DNA from: Podarcis erhardii
Lineage: Eukaryota
DNA length: 64,000 nucleotides
Direction: 5' to 3' (one strand)
NCBI GenBank assembly: GCA_964252035.1
Contig: OZ176204.1
Below the pieces are notes generated by a model. It made no database searches, was not told where the DNA came from, and worked only from the letters and a program-made list of their open reading frames with translations. Every line of letters begins with the position of its first letter. Position 1 is the stretch's first letter. A program made the position numbers and the translations under genes. This document shows positions 49,136 to 61,339 of this stretch, in pieces.

Positions 49136-49652
49136 TTATTATTTGTACCCCGCCCATCTGACTGGGTTTCCCCAGCCACTCTGGGCGGCTTCCACAAAGA
49201 CCAAAAATACACTAAAATGTCACACATTAAAAAGTTCCCTGAACAGGGCTGCCTTAAGATGTCTTCTGAATGTCAGGTAGTTGTTTATCTCTTTGACATC
49301 TGATGGGAGAGCGTTCCATAGGGCGGGTGCCACTACCGAGAAGGCCCTCTGCCTGGTTCCCTGTAGCTTTGCTTCTCGCAATGAGGGAGCCGCCAGAAGG
49401 CCCTCAGCGCTGGACCTCAGCATCCGGGCAGAATGATGGGGGTGGAGAAGCTCCTTCAGGTATACTGGGCCGAGGCCATTTAGGGTTTTAAAGGTCAACA
49501 CTAACACTTTGAATTGTGCTCGGAAACGTACTGGGAGCCAATGTAGGTCTTTCAAGACCAGTGTTATGTGGTCTCGGCGGCCGCCCCCAGTCACCAGTCT
49601 AGCTGCTGCATTCTGGATTAGTTGTAATTTCCAGGTCACCTTCAAAGGTAGC
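49098..49652 (-). mobile_element. Young L2 LINE, 5'-truncated, ORF2 C-terminus still open
   Basis: KLQLIQNAAARLVTG..RDHIT.VLKDLHWLPVRFRAQFKVLVLTFK...RAFSVVAPALWNALP, (AAT)n tail. Confidence 0.96.
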
Positions 49653-50775
49653 AACCATCTGAATTTGTGTTTGTCCACTTGGTACAAGAAGATAACTGCG
49701 CTTAACCCTCTATCATTTCACATTTCAGTAATTGCAGCTTCCAAATTCTGGTTAGCTTTGCAGAATATGGCAGATCTTGCTCTTCCTGGTATGAGAACTT
49801 CACATTATCACAGCCCAATATGTTAGTTCTTTACATTATGTGTCCTCCTTGAATGAAAAATATAAATGACACTCTTCTCATAAAAGCAAAATTTCTAGGT
49901 ATGGGATAGCAAAGCAATTTTCCTTCTGTTCATTTTGGAGTTGTAAGTTTAATACCTTGATGGGCTCACATTGCCTTTACAGTAAAGCTGTTTGTTTCTG
50001 CTGAAATATAAATATTTTAAAGATAATGGGTGCCCGACTTCAACTTAAATAGCTGTTGATGGTAAATCGCTCAAGCAGGTCTCCCTAGAGGATGAGAATT
50101 GCTGATGTTTGCCTATACCGTATACTCATGCAAACACATGCAAAATAAACATAATGAATGGGTGGAATTCAATGCCACTCTATTATGAACTTGTTGTCTG
50201 TGCAAGCATTTCAGCCTGCCAGATGGAACAATCCCCCCTCTTTCCCCACCATGTGCTGTTTTGGGAGTTCTTCAGACCTGCCCAGAGCCAAATTCAGGGC
50301 TTGTAGAGGTGGGGGTGGGGGTTCCCCATAGCAAAAGCTGAAGTCCTTGTTCCGCTGAAGGGGATCCTTGGTGAGTCCTGTCCAATATTCTCCCCACAGC
50401 TATAGTGGTGCTAACCAATCTTGAGCAAAATGCTTTGCCTGCATAAACCACTAAGACCTCTGTATAACATGTTCACATTTCAAACAAACCCAAGATTACC
50501 TAAGATGAAAGAACGTTCAATTGCCTTTTTTATTAGATGCAAAAAACACTTACGAAAATGGGCTTGTACTTGCGTTGTTGATTCCTGCTCATTTACAGTA
50601 TTGTGATTCATGTGATAATTGCCAAATGGAAAAGTAACCATAAGGTAATTTTGCAGTAACTTTGAGCCACAATTTTTGGACAACAGCAGCTTTTGAGTGA
50701 GCTACACACTTGATGAGACAAGCACTCAACCATGCCCAGGAAAATGATTTCCACTGTGTGTGAAAGCGCTCTTAC

Positions 50776-50834
50776 CATGTGCGTATAAATTGTGCTTTGC
50801 GTCTTTTAGATTTCACAAACAAGGTGACCCAAAA
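50776..50834 (-). other. Candidate 59-nt exon (FWVTLFVKSKRRKAQFIRT, or a UTR exon ending in ATG)
   Basis: Acceptor cctctcatttttggcactgcag|, donor ATG|GTAAGA. Confidence 0.35.
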
Positions 50835-52236
50835 CTGCAGTGCCAAAAATGAGAGGCCCTTCTAAAAACACTCTGCTGAGTGACTAAAAAAAGAGTTTAA
50901 AAGTAACATTCAATTGCCTAATAAAATAGTGACATTATCAGAAGAGTATCTCCAGGGGATTTGCACAAAGAATTAATTTTGCCCATTTTCCTGAATGTGT
51001 GTGCTCCTTTGATAGGTCTGGCTAAGCTATAGTGAAAGGTCAATGGGTAGTCTAATAAATGAGGTCAAGACGGCTGCATGGCAGTCAGAATGCAGTAGTT
51101 TATTATTTCCCCGGGGGGGGGGGAACCCTCATCTTCAATACAGTTGTCAGAATGGAGTATTTATTAGCCATTGTAGCTTAGGGAGACATGAACATTTATG
51201 TAAGTAGATTGATTGCTGGACCTGTAGCCAAGGCTCAGTGTAGATGACAATTATTTTCTTCTCACTTATTCTACAACAGCCCAGCAAGGTAGATTGCTAA
51301 CATTTCACTGTTGCACACAGAGAGCTCATGGACAGGGATATCAATAAGCATCAACTAAGACAGAATGGCAAATCTTGACCTCAGACTTCCAGCTCCCTCC
51401 TATCGCTTGAATTCTCACACACAACACATACCCTTTCTCAAGAGAAGTTTGATAAGATGGAGGCAGGTGGGAGGTATGGCCAATTCCATTTGGATTCCTC
51501 CTGCCATGCCTGAGGAGCAGCTGGATGGTACGTGTGCAGTCAGATGTGAAGAACAATCAAACAAGTGTCTCTTTTTTTGGAGAAAGAAATAGGGAGGGAG
51601 ACAGAATGCAGCTGCTCTGTATTGACTAACTGGGCACAACAAAAAGAGCCAGACAAAAATGCAACAATCCAAGGATATTGTTGATTATAATTTCTTCTTT
51701 TTTCAAAGTATTCATAGCTATAGTTCCCCAACAAAATTTGGGTAACAACTCTTCCTCAAATGGCTTATATACCTCATTTGTGTGTCCACAGACACTCATG
51801 CCTCCTAGGAAGGTGGGTATATTTCCTGTATTCCTCACTATTTTGGACATAGCCCCTTGTGTGGCCACAGAACATAGAGAGCAGCAGTAAAGTGCCAGTG
51901 CCATGTGGTGGTTGGTGGCCATGGGAACTAGTGAGGCAGAAGACCAATGAGCCCAAACAGTAGGTGAAGCCAGAGTCAATAAAGGCAGAGCCAACACATT
52001 CTAGTTTTGCCTCCATCCTCTTCCCTGCTAAGTTCTACAAGGGCAACACTCAGACTAAGGAGGATGAAGCTGACAGCCAGTGCCACCCTCTGGAATGGTT
52101 GTAAGTAGGAAGGTAGGCAGGTGGCGGCTGGCTGAAGGCAGATTGAGGTTGGGGGGCAACACCCCATTTGCCCTAATGGACCAGCCTGAACAGGATTACA
52201 CAAACTGTAAAGTATGCAACATCCTGACTGCCAGGA

Positions 52237-52280
<44 letters not shown>

Positions 52281-52648
52281 AGTATCCCTGATTTTTTGGC
52301 TTTGGACCTGTTTCTAAGTGAATCTTCCAGGTTTGCATGCCATTTTTAGGGTGTTCAGTCACAATTAGGAGGAAGGAATGGGCAGGCCTACAGACTACAA
52401 TAACAAAAAATGCTTAGAACACTACCTTCACAAATGCTGCCTATTGTAACGCAACGTGTTTCATTAAATGAAACAACAAACACATTCTTAGTTGCAAATG
52501 GAAAATCCATCAGACAATAACTTGAATTCTGGCCAGTAACTTACAGGCATAATACTTCCTCTTGTTCTGTTTGCAGCTGAATGGACAATAGCAATTGCCT
52601 GGCGATTTCAATTAGCTGAGCTGCTCAGCAGTTTTTATTAAAGATCAC

Positions 52649-52729
52649 CTGAATGCCTCAGTGTACTCCGCTGTGCCATGGCCTTGCCTGATATAACGTA
52701 TATGGTGGTTCTGCAGGCTGATGGATGCT
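52649..52729 (-). other. Candidate 81-nt exon containing gccATGg (MAQRSTLRHS...)
   Basis: Acceptor gtcttcttctggttttatccag|, donor CAG|GTGATC, optimal Kozak at 52677-52679. Confidence 0.3.
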
Positions 52730-53267
52730 CTGGATAAAACCAGAAGAAGACTGACATAAATCCCAGGCCCACCGGAGTCTAGCTTAATTGGACAGACTCA
52801 AGAATACTGAATAAAATATATCTGGTAATTTGAGAGTCGCTGGATTTAAAACACAACAGTGCCATATTATGGGATAGAGAAGGGACCAATGCGACCTACA
52901 CATCATCATATCATTTTACTTCACTGTAATGAATCTGGATAAAATTCCTACATCCTCATTAGTTACAATTACTAGAATGAATTAGAATCCCAAGAGCATG
53001 CACTGGAAGGATAGGAATCAATCCACCCTTTTACCTTGTTCAACCACCCCAATCTTGTAAAACAGGATGGTGAAATTGTTAACTAATCCACATTAAAAGA
53101 TCCTGAATGTATGTCCCTATCCTGTGTAATTGGGGGGTTTTGCATACTTTTTTGTAGAGCAGTGTACAGCTTGCTGCTTGTATTCTCTCAAAGGAGAATT
53201 CAGGGATGCTGCATTTTCCTGGCATTCAAATCATAGTATATCACACTGATAAAATAAGCCTCAGTTG

Positions 53268-53341
53268 TGTTTGTTGTTAAGTGTTGGAAGCTATAGGCTT
53301 TTGTTTGTTGTTAAGTGTTGGAAGCTATAGGCTTTTGTTTG
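53268..53341. repeat. Perfect 34-bp tandem duplication (2.2 copies)
   Basis: tgtttgttgttaagtgttggaagctataggcttt x2 plus tgtttg. Confidence 0.95.
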
Positions 53342-54204
53342 CGATAGTGGTTGTGCCTTTGACATTATAGTTAATGAGCCACAGATACAGTAGTGCAACT
53401 CAGCAGTAAATGCCACTGAGTGCAATGGGACATATGCTCAGGTATCTGTGCATAGGATTGCAGAACTTGCCCCATGCTCTTGCAATTTTGTGCACTTTTA
53501 TAAAGTTTTTAGTTAATTTTGCATTGTTTAATTTATATTATGTCTACTGTACAGAAGAACTCTAATGCCTCTTCATTCATAGGAACATGGGAAGCTGCCT
53601 TCTATCGAGTCAGACCATTGGTCCATTTAGCTCAGTATTGTCTCTACACCAGGACCCATAACCCTCCAGATATTGTTGGTTTTCAACTCCCATTAGCCTG
53701 ATGAGAGTTATAGTCCAACAACATCTGGAAGGTCATAGGTCACACTCTTTAGCTGCACTGACTGGCAGATATTTTTCACTCCCCCTGCCTGAGTCTTCCC
53801 CCGTATCTCCCTGGAAATGATAGAGACTGTGCCCCTTTCTGTAGATGATGTATTCATTCATTCATTCACTCACTTATTTTATAAAATTTGTACACTGCAG
53901 TACCCTACGCAGCAGTACCCTACACAGTCCTTCCCTACTGCTGTCTTTCGAAGTAGAAAAGTGGCAAACACCAGCTCATCTCTTTCTACAATTGAATTTA
54001 GTCCTTCAAAAAATCCTGGAACTCCAAAATCTTAAAAGCCAGAAGAACAGGCCTTTTCTGTGGTGGCTCCCCATTTGTGGAATGCCCTTCTCAGGGAGGC
54101 TCACCTGGTGCTTTCATTACAAAGAAGCTGCCTTACCTGCCAGCTCTCAGCCAATATATGGTATCTCTGTCCCCTTCATCAAATCACTCAGTGTGTCTTG
54201 GGAG

Positions 54205-54470
54205 TCATAGAATCATAGAATTGTAGTGTTGGAAGGGACCCCGAGTCATCTAGTCTAACCCCCTGCAATGCAGGAATATCAGCGAAAGCATCCATGACAG
54301 ATGGCCATCCAATCTCTGCTTAATAACCTCCAGTGATGGAGAGTCCACGACCACTGTTCCACTGTTGAACTGCTCTTACTATCAGAAAGTTCTTTCTGAT
54401 GTTTAGTTGGAATCTCCGTTCTTGTAACCTGAAGCCATTGGTTTGAGTCCTACCCTTCATAGCAGGAGAC
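54205..54470 (-). mobile_element. CR1 3' end
   Basis: tcatagaatcatagaattgtagtgttggaagggacc...ctcttactatcagaaagttctttctgatg. Confidence 0.9.
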
Positions 54471-55009
54471 AACCAGTCCATTTTCAGTCTCTTGAATGGC
54501 TTAGCTGGAAGTGGGCACCCTCATATGCATCTAATGAACAATCACTGTCTTGCTAGGTCCTGCCCCTGTGTCAGGAGGAGAATAATCACAGCCACACTTC
54601 AACAATTCCTTACCTCCCTAGTTTAAAAACTTTTTTGCAGTAGCAGAACCCTACACTTTAAACAAAGCTTTGCTGGCATCCTTGCAGCAAATTATTTTTA
54701 AACATTTTTTTTAAAGGGAGAGAGATTGATTATTGGTAGAAGAAGCAAGGGAGAGCCAGCCACAGCAGCAACTTTTAAAAGCAGCAACTTTGAGACTTTG
54801 AAAAACTTTGCTGCTGATCTCCTGATCTCCTCTGACGGGAGAAGCCTTTGTTTGTCATCCTTAAAGCTTTGGCTCTTATCAGAGAGAGTTCTTATATCTC
54901 CATCAGCATTAAAGGAGCAGCATATTTAACTCTTGCTGACAGGCTGCAGCTCAAAGAAGGTGCTAAGGGGCAGAACAGGGATTCCCATGACAAGTACTTA
55001 GCCCACTAG

Positions 55010-55270
55010 CAGTGCCGCGCGGACAGGGTGCCGCTGCTTATCTTGCTTCACACGACTCACATCTCTACTAGTGACCGAGGAGGGGGATGGGCGAGGCAGC
55101 GAGGAGCTGCTGTGTCTGCATTGCACTAAGGTGCCCACTCCCGTGCCCTTTCCCGTCTTGGTAACCTGTAGCAACACGCGGTGTTGGGAAGCTAGGAAAG
55201 CAAAGTAGCGGGAGGGAGGCCCAGGACCGCCGCTTGAATACTGCATTTAATTCCCATGAGCGCAGCTCAA
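55010..55270 (-). promoter_or_regulatory. CpG-enriched promoter/first-exon candidate with RFX X-box (55161-55175)
   Basis: About 16 CpG in 260 bp by hand count. GTAACCTGTAGCAAC fits GTNRCC-N0-3-RGYAAC. Minus-strand donor GAT|GTGAGT at 55061/55060. Confidence 0.5.
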
Positions 55271-56472
55271 TGGAAATCATACATTGTGCATGCTTGCCTA
55301 CCATATACCATTACATTTCTTTCTTTCTTTGGGGAATGCCCCTTAGCAGAACTCTGAACAAAATTTGAGAAAAGCTACGTTTCGTCACAGAGAAATTCCA
55401 CCTACTGTACTGTTTGGACTGAACATGTATCTATTCTAGATAGTATAACTGCACCCCATTAGCGTGTCTGGAGGTCTTCAGAACACAGCCGTGTAGCACA
55501 CAGAAAGGGCCAGCCTCATCAGTGCCTCCAGCCAATTGAATTGCAGCATTTTCTAACAGGGCGGTTCTAATTAACGCCCCCAACCAACCCAGCTGCAGTA
55601 CTTTTCTTCGACTTTGTTAGGGTTAGAGCGGCCATTTTCTAGAGAGGGGGTTGCATGTCTCTGGGTGGGGAGCCGACTGCAAATATATGTATGTTATGGC
55701 CTTGCTGGCAGAATATTTGTTTGCATATGTGTGAGAAAAATAGAAGGGACCTGGAGAAACTGGAGTGAAGTGGAGCCCAGCATCAGGGGAAAAAATCACC
55801 TCAGTGGGTGAGTTTTTTATTTATTTATTCTTCCTCAAACAAAGCTACAAAAGTGGAAAGGGAGCTAACTGTGGTGTGTGTGTGCTTAGCATGACTAATA
55901 TGTCCAGGCATTTAAAAAAAAAAAAAAAACTTGCTTTCCCCTTGATAAGCCTTTATTGGCTGGTTACACAACAGCACCAAGATGCATTATTTGAGTTCAA
56001 GGACACATTTTAGCCAGGCAGAAACACTTAGGAGGCAAAGGAGGGCTAGTGGGAAGTGTGGCCTGAGGGGAGCAGGTGGCCTGGGGAAATTTCTGAGGGC
56101 CAGATTAGAGTGGCCTTGGGGGCCATATCCCGCCCAACTGAGGTTCCCACCACTGCACTTGACCAGCTGTCCCTCAGCATAATATTCTGAGTATACCCTT
56201 TGTCACTATTCACCAGTAACTTCTAGGAAGGCAATTGAGCTCTGTGCTGGTCTCAGTACACTGATCAGAACATTGTAAAAGGAATCATATAGAACTAGCT
56301 GCATAATTTTCTAAATTTCTACACAACTTTCCAGGGAGGAAATAAAGTAGAACCTTTTTCATTTCCAGCGTACTTCTGTTTGGGGACAAACTAACAGGAA
56401 TCTCAGGATCACTTCTCAAGACTTAATTTTGTACTTGGGTATAATACATGTGCGTACTGTATAGGATTGGTA

Positions 56473-57694
56473 AGTTACAGTTAGGTGCTGTGTTGGTCTG
56501 CTGTAGTCGAAACAAAATAAAAAAAATCCTTCAAGTAGTAGCACCTTAGAGACCAACTAAGTTTGTTATTGGTATGATCTTTCATGTGCATTTACACTTC
56601 TTCAAATACACTGAAACAGAAGTCACCAGACCCTTATACAGTGGTGCCCCGTAAGACGAACGCCTCGCAAGAAGGAAAACCCGCTAGACGAAAGGGTTTT
56701 CCGTTTTGGAGGCGCTTCGCAAGGCGAAAATGTCTTGCGAGTTCCTGCGGGGTTTTTTCCCTTTTCCCCCCTTTTCCTAAGCCCTAAGCCGCTTATCAGC
56801 TGATCCGCTGATAAGCCGCTTATCAGCTGATCCGCTAAAAGCCGCTAAACCGCTAATAGCGCTAATCCGCTAAGCTGTCAATGGGCTTGCTTCGCAAGAC
56901 AAAAAAACCGCTATACGAAGAGCCTCACGGAACGGATTAATTTCGTCTTGCGAGGCACCACTGTATACGTATAGTGAGAAGGAGGGGAGGGGTATTACTC
57001 AGAGGGGTGGTGGGAATGGGTGATTGGCTGATAGTTGTGGTAAACCTGTTGATGACTGTTAGACTGCAATTGGTCTTACAGGAAAAAGCAAGGGATGAGA
57101 TGGCTAAAAATAGCTTTATCATGTATAATGGTATAAGAATCCAATGTCTCTATTCAGACCAGGTCTCTCCATGGTTTTAAGTTCAATAATAAGTTGCAAT
57201 TCAGCAACTTCTTTTTCCAATTTATTTCTGAAATTCTTTTGTAATATGGCAGCTACTCTGAGATCTTGCATAGAATGTCCTGGGAGACTGAAGTGTTCTC
57301 CTACTGGTTTCTCTGTCTTGTAATCCTGATGTCAGATTTATGTCCGTTTATCCTTAGGCGTAGGGTTTGGCCTGTTTGTCCAATATAGAGAGCTGAAGGG
57401 CACTGTTGGCATTTGATGGCATACACAATGTTAGAAGATGATCAATTAAATAGTCATGAGATGGTATGTTTGATGTTGTTGGGGCCAGTAATGGTGTTGT
57501 CTGGGTGTTTTTGGCAGCAAAGTTGACATCTGGGTTTATTGCAGGCTGGCACCAGTGTCCATGTTAAGTCTGGTTGTTGTATTATTGTGGGTGAGGAGTT
57601 GTTTAAGATTGGATGGCTGTCTGTAGGCAATGAAAGGTCTTCTTCCCTCCCAGAGCTTGAGAAAGAGAACTGTCATTGTCTAGGAGAGGTTGTA
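56473..57694 (-). mobile_element. Penelope-like retroelement: GIY-YIG endonuclease remnant plus pLTR, interrupted by a MITE and cut by Tc1
   Basis: Minus strand gives PFIAYRQPSNLKQLL, CNKPRCQLC, SSNIVYAIKCQQCPSALYIGQTG..LR.RINGHKSDIR, EKPVGEHFSLPGHS, GLNRDIGFLYHYT* (stop 57119-57121), with frameshifts and stops. Confidence 0.95.
56639..56963. mobile_element. Tigger/pogo-like MITE, 325 bp, inserted in the Penelope pLTR
   Basis: 22-bp TIR cagtggtgccccgtaagacgaa / ttcgtcttgcgaggcaccactg, TA TSD. The empty site is visible in the 29.98 kb pLTR copy. Confidence 0.93.
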
Positions 57695-58549
57695 CAGGTG
57701 AAACTCAAAAAATTAGAATATTGTGGAAAAGTTCATTTATTTCAGTAATTCAACTTAAAAGGTGAAACTAATATATGAGATAGACTCATGACATGCAAAG
57801 CGAGATATGTCAAGCCTTTATTTGTTACAATTGTGATGTTTATGGTGTACAGCTGATGAAAACCCCAAATTAACAATCTCAGAAAATTAGAATATTAAAT
57901 GAAATCAGCAGAACAAGGACTGCAAATAGAGCAATATTGGACCTCTGAGAAGTAGAAGCATGCACATGTACTCAGTACTTGGTTTGAGCCCCTTTTGCAT
58001 CAATTACTGCCTCAATGTGGCATGGCATGGATGCTATCAGCTTGTGGCACTGCTGAGGTGTTATAGAAGACCAGGAAGCTTCAATAGCAGCCTTCAGCTC
58101 TTCTACATTGCTCGGTCTCATGTCTCTCATCTTTCTCTTGGCAATGCCCCATAGATTATCTATGGGGTTCAGGTCAAGCAAGTTTGCTGGCCAATCAAGC
58201 ACAGTAATCCCATGGGCATTGAACCAGGTTTTGGTACTTTTGGCAGTGTAGGAAGGTGACAAAGTCCAATTGGAAAATGAAATCAGCATCCCCATAAAGC
58301 TCGTCTGCGGAAGGAAGCATGAAGTGCTCCAAAATCTCTTGGTAGATGGCTGCGTTGACCCTGGACTTAATGAAGCACAGTGGACCAACACCAGCTGATG
58401 ACATGGCTCCCCAAATCAACACAGACTGTGGAAACTTCACATTGGACTTCAAGCATCTGGCATTGTGTGCCTCTCCATTCTTCCTCCAGACTCTGGGTCC
58501 TTCGTTTCCAAGTGAGATGCAAAAGCTGCTCTCATCAGAAAAGAGATTT
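57695..58549 (-). mobile_element. Tc1-family DNA transposon, 3' half (DDE domain plus one IR/DR-type TIR)
   Basis: ta|caggtgaaactc terminus. aaaattagaatatt direct repeats at 57709 and 57883. LFSDES, VLIWGAMS, WPAN..DLNPIDNLW, KGAQTKY*, frameshifted near the second Asp. Confidence 0.95.
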
Positions 58550-58550
58550 G

Positions 58551-58680
58551 GGGAGCCATGTCAAAAATTAGGGGGTGTCTTATACACGGATATATTTCCC
58601 CCCATTTTCTTAAATCTGAATCCCCCAAAATAGGGGTTGTCTTATGCATGGGGTCATCTTATAGATGGAAAAATACAGTA
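58551..58680. mobile_element. Terminal fragment of a Tc2/pogo-like DNA transposon
   Basis: Ends ...tcttatagatggaaaaatacag|ta, with repeated tcttat motifs typical of taccgtattt..tataagac-type TIRs. Family assignment is from memory. Confidence 0.5.
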
Positions 58681-60206
58681 TATTCACTCTGCAGTGGAGA
58701 GAGTGAAAGTGAAAGTGCTTCCTTTGTCCTGCATTGATGCTTTGGAACCTTACATTTTTTTAAAAAAAAAAGCCATTTCATGTGTGATTTTCTGGTGAAA
58801 ACGAAAGGTAAAATATAAATGCAAGTCAAATACTATGGGAATTCTTTTTAAAAAATCTGTTATATGTTTCATGCTAATGTAATTTCACGAAAGTATAAAT
58901 TTCAAATTTCAGTATAGGAGGGACTAGTGTATAGGAGTATTCATGTATCTTATCATTTTATTTCAGAATTAAAAATAGATTGACAGTTGTTTCCTTCCCC
59001 ATTTCTTGTGCTAGCTTAGTCAGTTTTGTACTAATGATGAAATTCTCTTCATCAAGTTTTTACCCTGTTCAGGCAAGTACATGACACTAATTCAATATGT
59101 CCTATAATAAATTATTGTACTGATCTGCCTGTAGAGGCAGCTGGTGAGGTGGTTCTCTTACAGGGTTCACCCTATAAGTCAGTGGTCATGTGTGTATGAT
59201 CTTAACAGTGCTTAGTTTATATTTCCGTTGCTATTTTCTTAACGTTGTTAATATGCTTCTATAGATTATAAATTCTGTATCGATTTGTTAATCGTATAAT
59301 ATGACTTGTTTTAATTTTGTTCTTTGGTTTATTTTTTTAGTTGTTGCTTTGTTAACAGTGTTTTATAGATTGTAACCCACTGATGATTTGTTATTCTGTA
59401 TGATTAATTTTTTTATTTGTGATGTTCTATTATGTTCTATCATATCATTGTTATTTATTGTTTGTAAGCTTCTTTGGGATTCATTTGAATAACAAGTGGC
59501 ATAGAATTATAATAAATCAAATTACTCGTAAGGATACTATAATTGAGTTTTGGGTTAAACAAACTTGGGGGGGGCGGTCCTATTCCAATCTCATGATTTG
59601 TATTGCTGTTAGTTGGGCTTCTCTAGAAAAGAGGACTGCTTAAACGATCAAGCCTTGGAGCAGCCACACTGGGCTGGCCGGTCCATCCTGAGATGTACTT
59701 CTCCCTCTCCCACTCCCTCCCTTCACCTCCATTGCAGGGCCAGGCGGTCCTGAGGGAGGAGCCAGTAAGCTTGTTCTGAGGTGCCCTGCTTCAACTGCCA
59801 GCCAGCCAGTGCTGCTTCCCTTTTTCTCTGGGGTGCGCTTAGAGCATCTGATGGCCATTGCCCCCACCCACTTCTTCACCCAGCTTGGCTCCCAATGGCT
59901 GGCCATAGTGGTCCCCCCCCCCCCCCGGGCTCCCCTCCGGCTGCTTTGGCAGCACTGTTGGTCCTTCCTCCCCTGGCTCTAGGGCTCTTGCAGGGACCCG
60001 ACCCTGCTGTGGACACCCAGTCTGTGTTCCCTTGAGACACCTCTGTTCCAGGTAAAGTTAGGTGGGAAGGTGCGTGGGTGGGGGCTTTTAAAGCTGGCAA
60101 TTATTAAAAGTGCCACGGAGATACAAAACACAGGAGTGTGAGGAAGAGCATTGAAGAGAATCAACATGTGGAGACAGCAGGGTTTCAAGACACGTGTCAA
60201 GCCTTG

Positions 60207-60241
<35 letters not shown>

Positions 60242-60629
60242 GAGCATGGCGGGGATACATGTGAAGTAACTCCCTGGAAGGGATATACTGTATTGGCATT
60301 TCAGGAGTCAGATATCTGGGTTAAAGGGTGTGTTGGGAAGGATAAGGGAACATGTGAATGAGTGGGCCTGATGGATGTTGGGAGTGATATTGGGGTGGTA
60401 AGCAGGTAAGAGTGTACCTTAAAGGCCTTTTGGCAGAATCAAAAGTTAGGAATGGACTTGGGGGTTAGGTGGCCTGTGATCTGTGTGTGCGTCTACACGG
60501 AGAGGCAGACTGTATTTGGCAGTAACATCCCAGAGTTAGGATGACTGATGAGTAGAGAAGTTGAAGCAATATCAGATAGTGCCTGCTGAGAAGGAAAGCT
60601 ACTTGGGGAATTTCACACAGTGAAATTCA

Positions 60630-60703
60630 TGACTGAGTGGGAATTTGAACCCTGATCTCCCAGGTCCTAGTCAAACACTCTAACCACTATACCACACTGG
60701 CTT
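60630..60703 (-). mobile_element. tRNA-head SINE fragment
   Basis: Reverse complement of the 42977 SINE head (gccagtgtggtatagtggttagagtgtttgac...ggttcaaattccc). Confidence 0.7.
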
Positions 60704-60777
60704 CCTAGAGTACTTCTGCTATGGGGAAGCTATATAAATTAAGTAGGTAAATAAATAAATAAATATGGGGAAACATG

Positions 60778-61138
60778 TTATAATAATAATAATTTTAATA
60801 ATAATTTTAATATTTATACCCCACCCATCTGGCTGGGTTTCCCCAGCTACTCTGGGCATCTCCCAACAGAATATTACAAACACGATAAAACGTCAAACAT
60901 TAAAAACCTCCCTAAACAGGACTGCCTTCAGATGTCTTCTAAAAGTCAGATAGTTTTTAATTTCCTTGACATCTGATGGGAGGGCGTTCCACAGCGCGGG
61001 TGCCACTACCAAGAAGGCCCTCTGCCTGGTTCCCTATAACCTCACTTCTTGTAGTGAGGGAACCACCAAAAAGCCCTTGGAGCTGGACCTTGGTGTCTGG
61101 GCTGAACGATGGGGTGGAGACGCTTTTTCTGGTATACT
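60778..61138 (-). mobile_element. L2 LINE 3' fragment
   Basis: Colinear with the L2 at 49.1-49.45 kb (gccttcagatgtcttct, gacatctgatgggagggcgttcca, aaggccctctgcctggttccct). Confidence 0.9.
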
Positions 61139-61339
61139 GTCACTTAAAGAAGGATCTGAAATACATTCCTTGAAGCTTGAATTTGCTTTATTTTGGATTG
61201 TTTTATTTGATGTTTTAATGTGTTGTAAACTGCTTTGAGATTTTTTATTTAAAATATAAAGCAGTATAGAAATGAAATGAAAATAATAATAATTATTAAA
61301 AAAAAACCTTGGGGTGGTGGTGGTGCCTAGACATTCTGT

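Noticed and set aside
49728-50660. Plus-strand exon-like segments at about 49728-49787 and 50598-50643
   Set aside because: The second overlaps an equally plausible minus-strand candidate, showing that by-eye splice calls here have a real false-positive rate; no further support.
53268-53341. Short direct repeats here and at 42351 considered as CRISPR-like
   Set aside because: Head-to-tail duplications with no spacers, in eukaryotic DNA.
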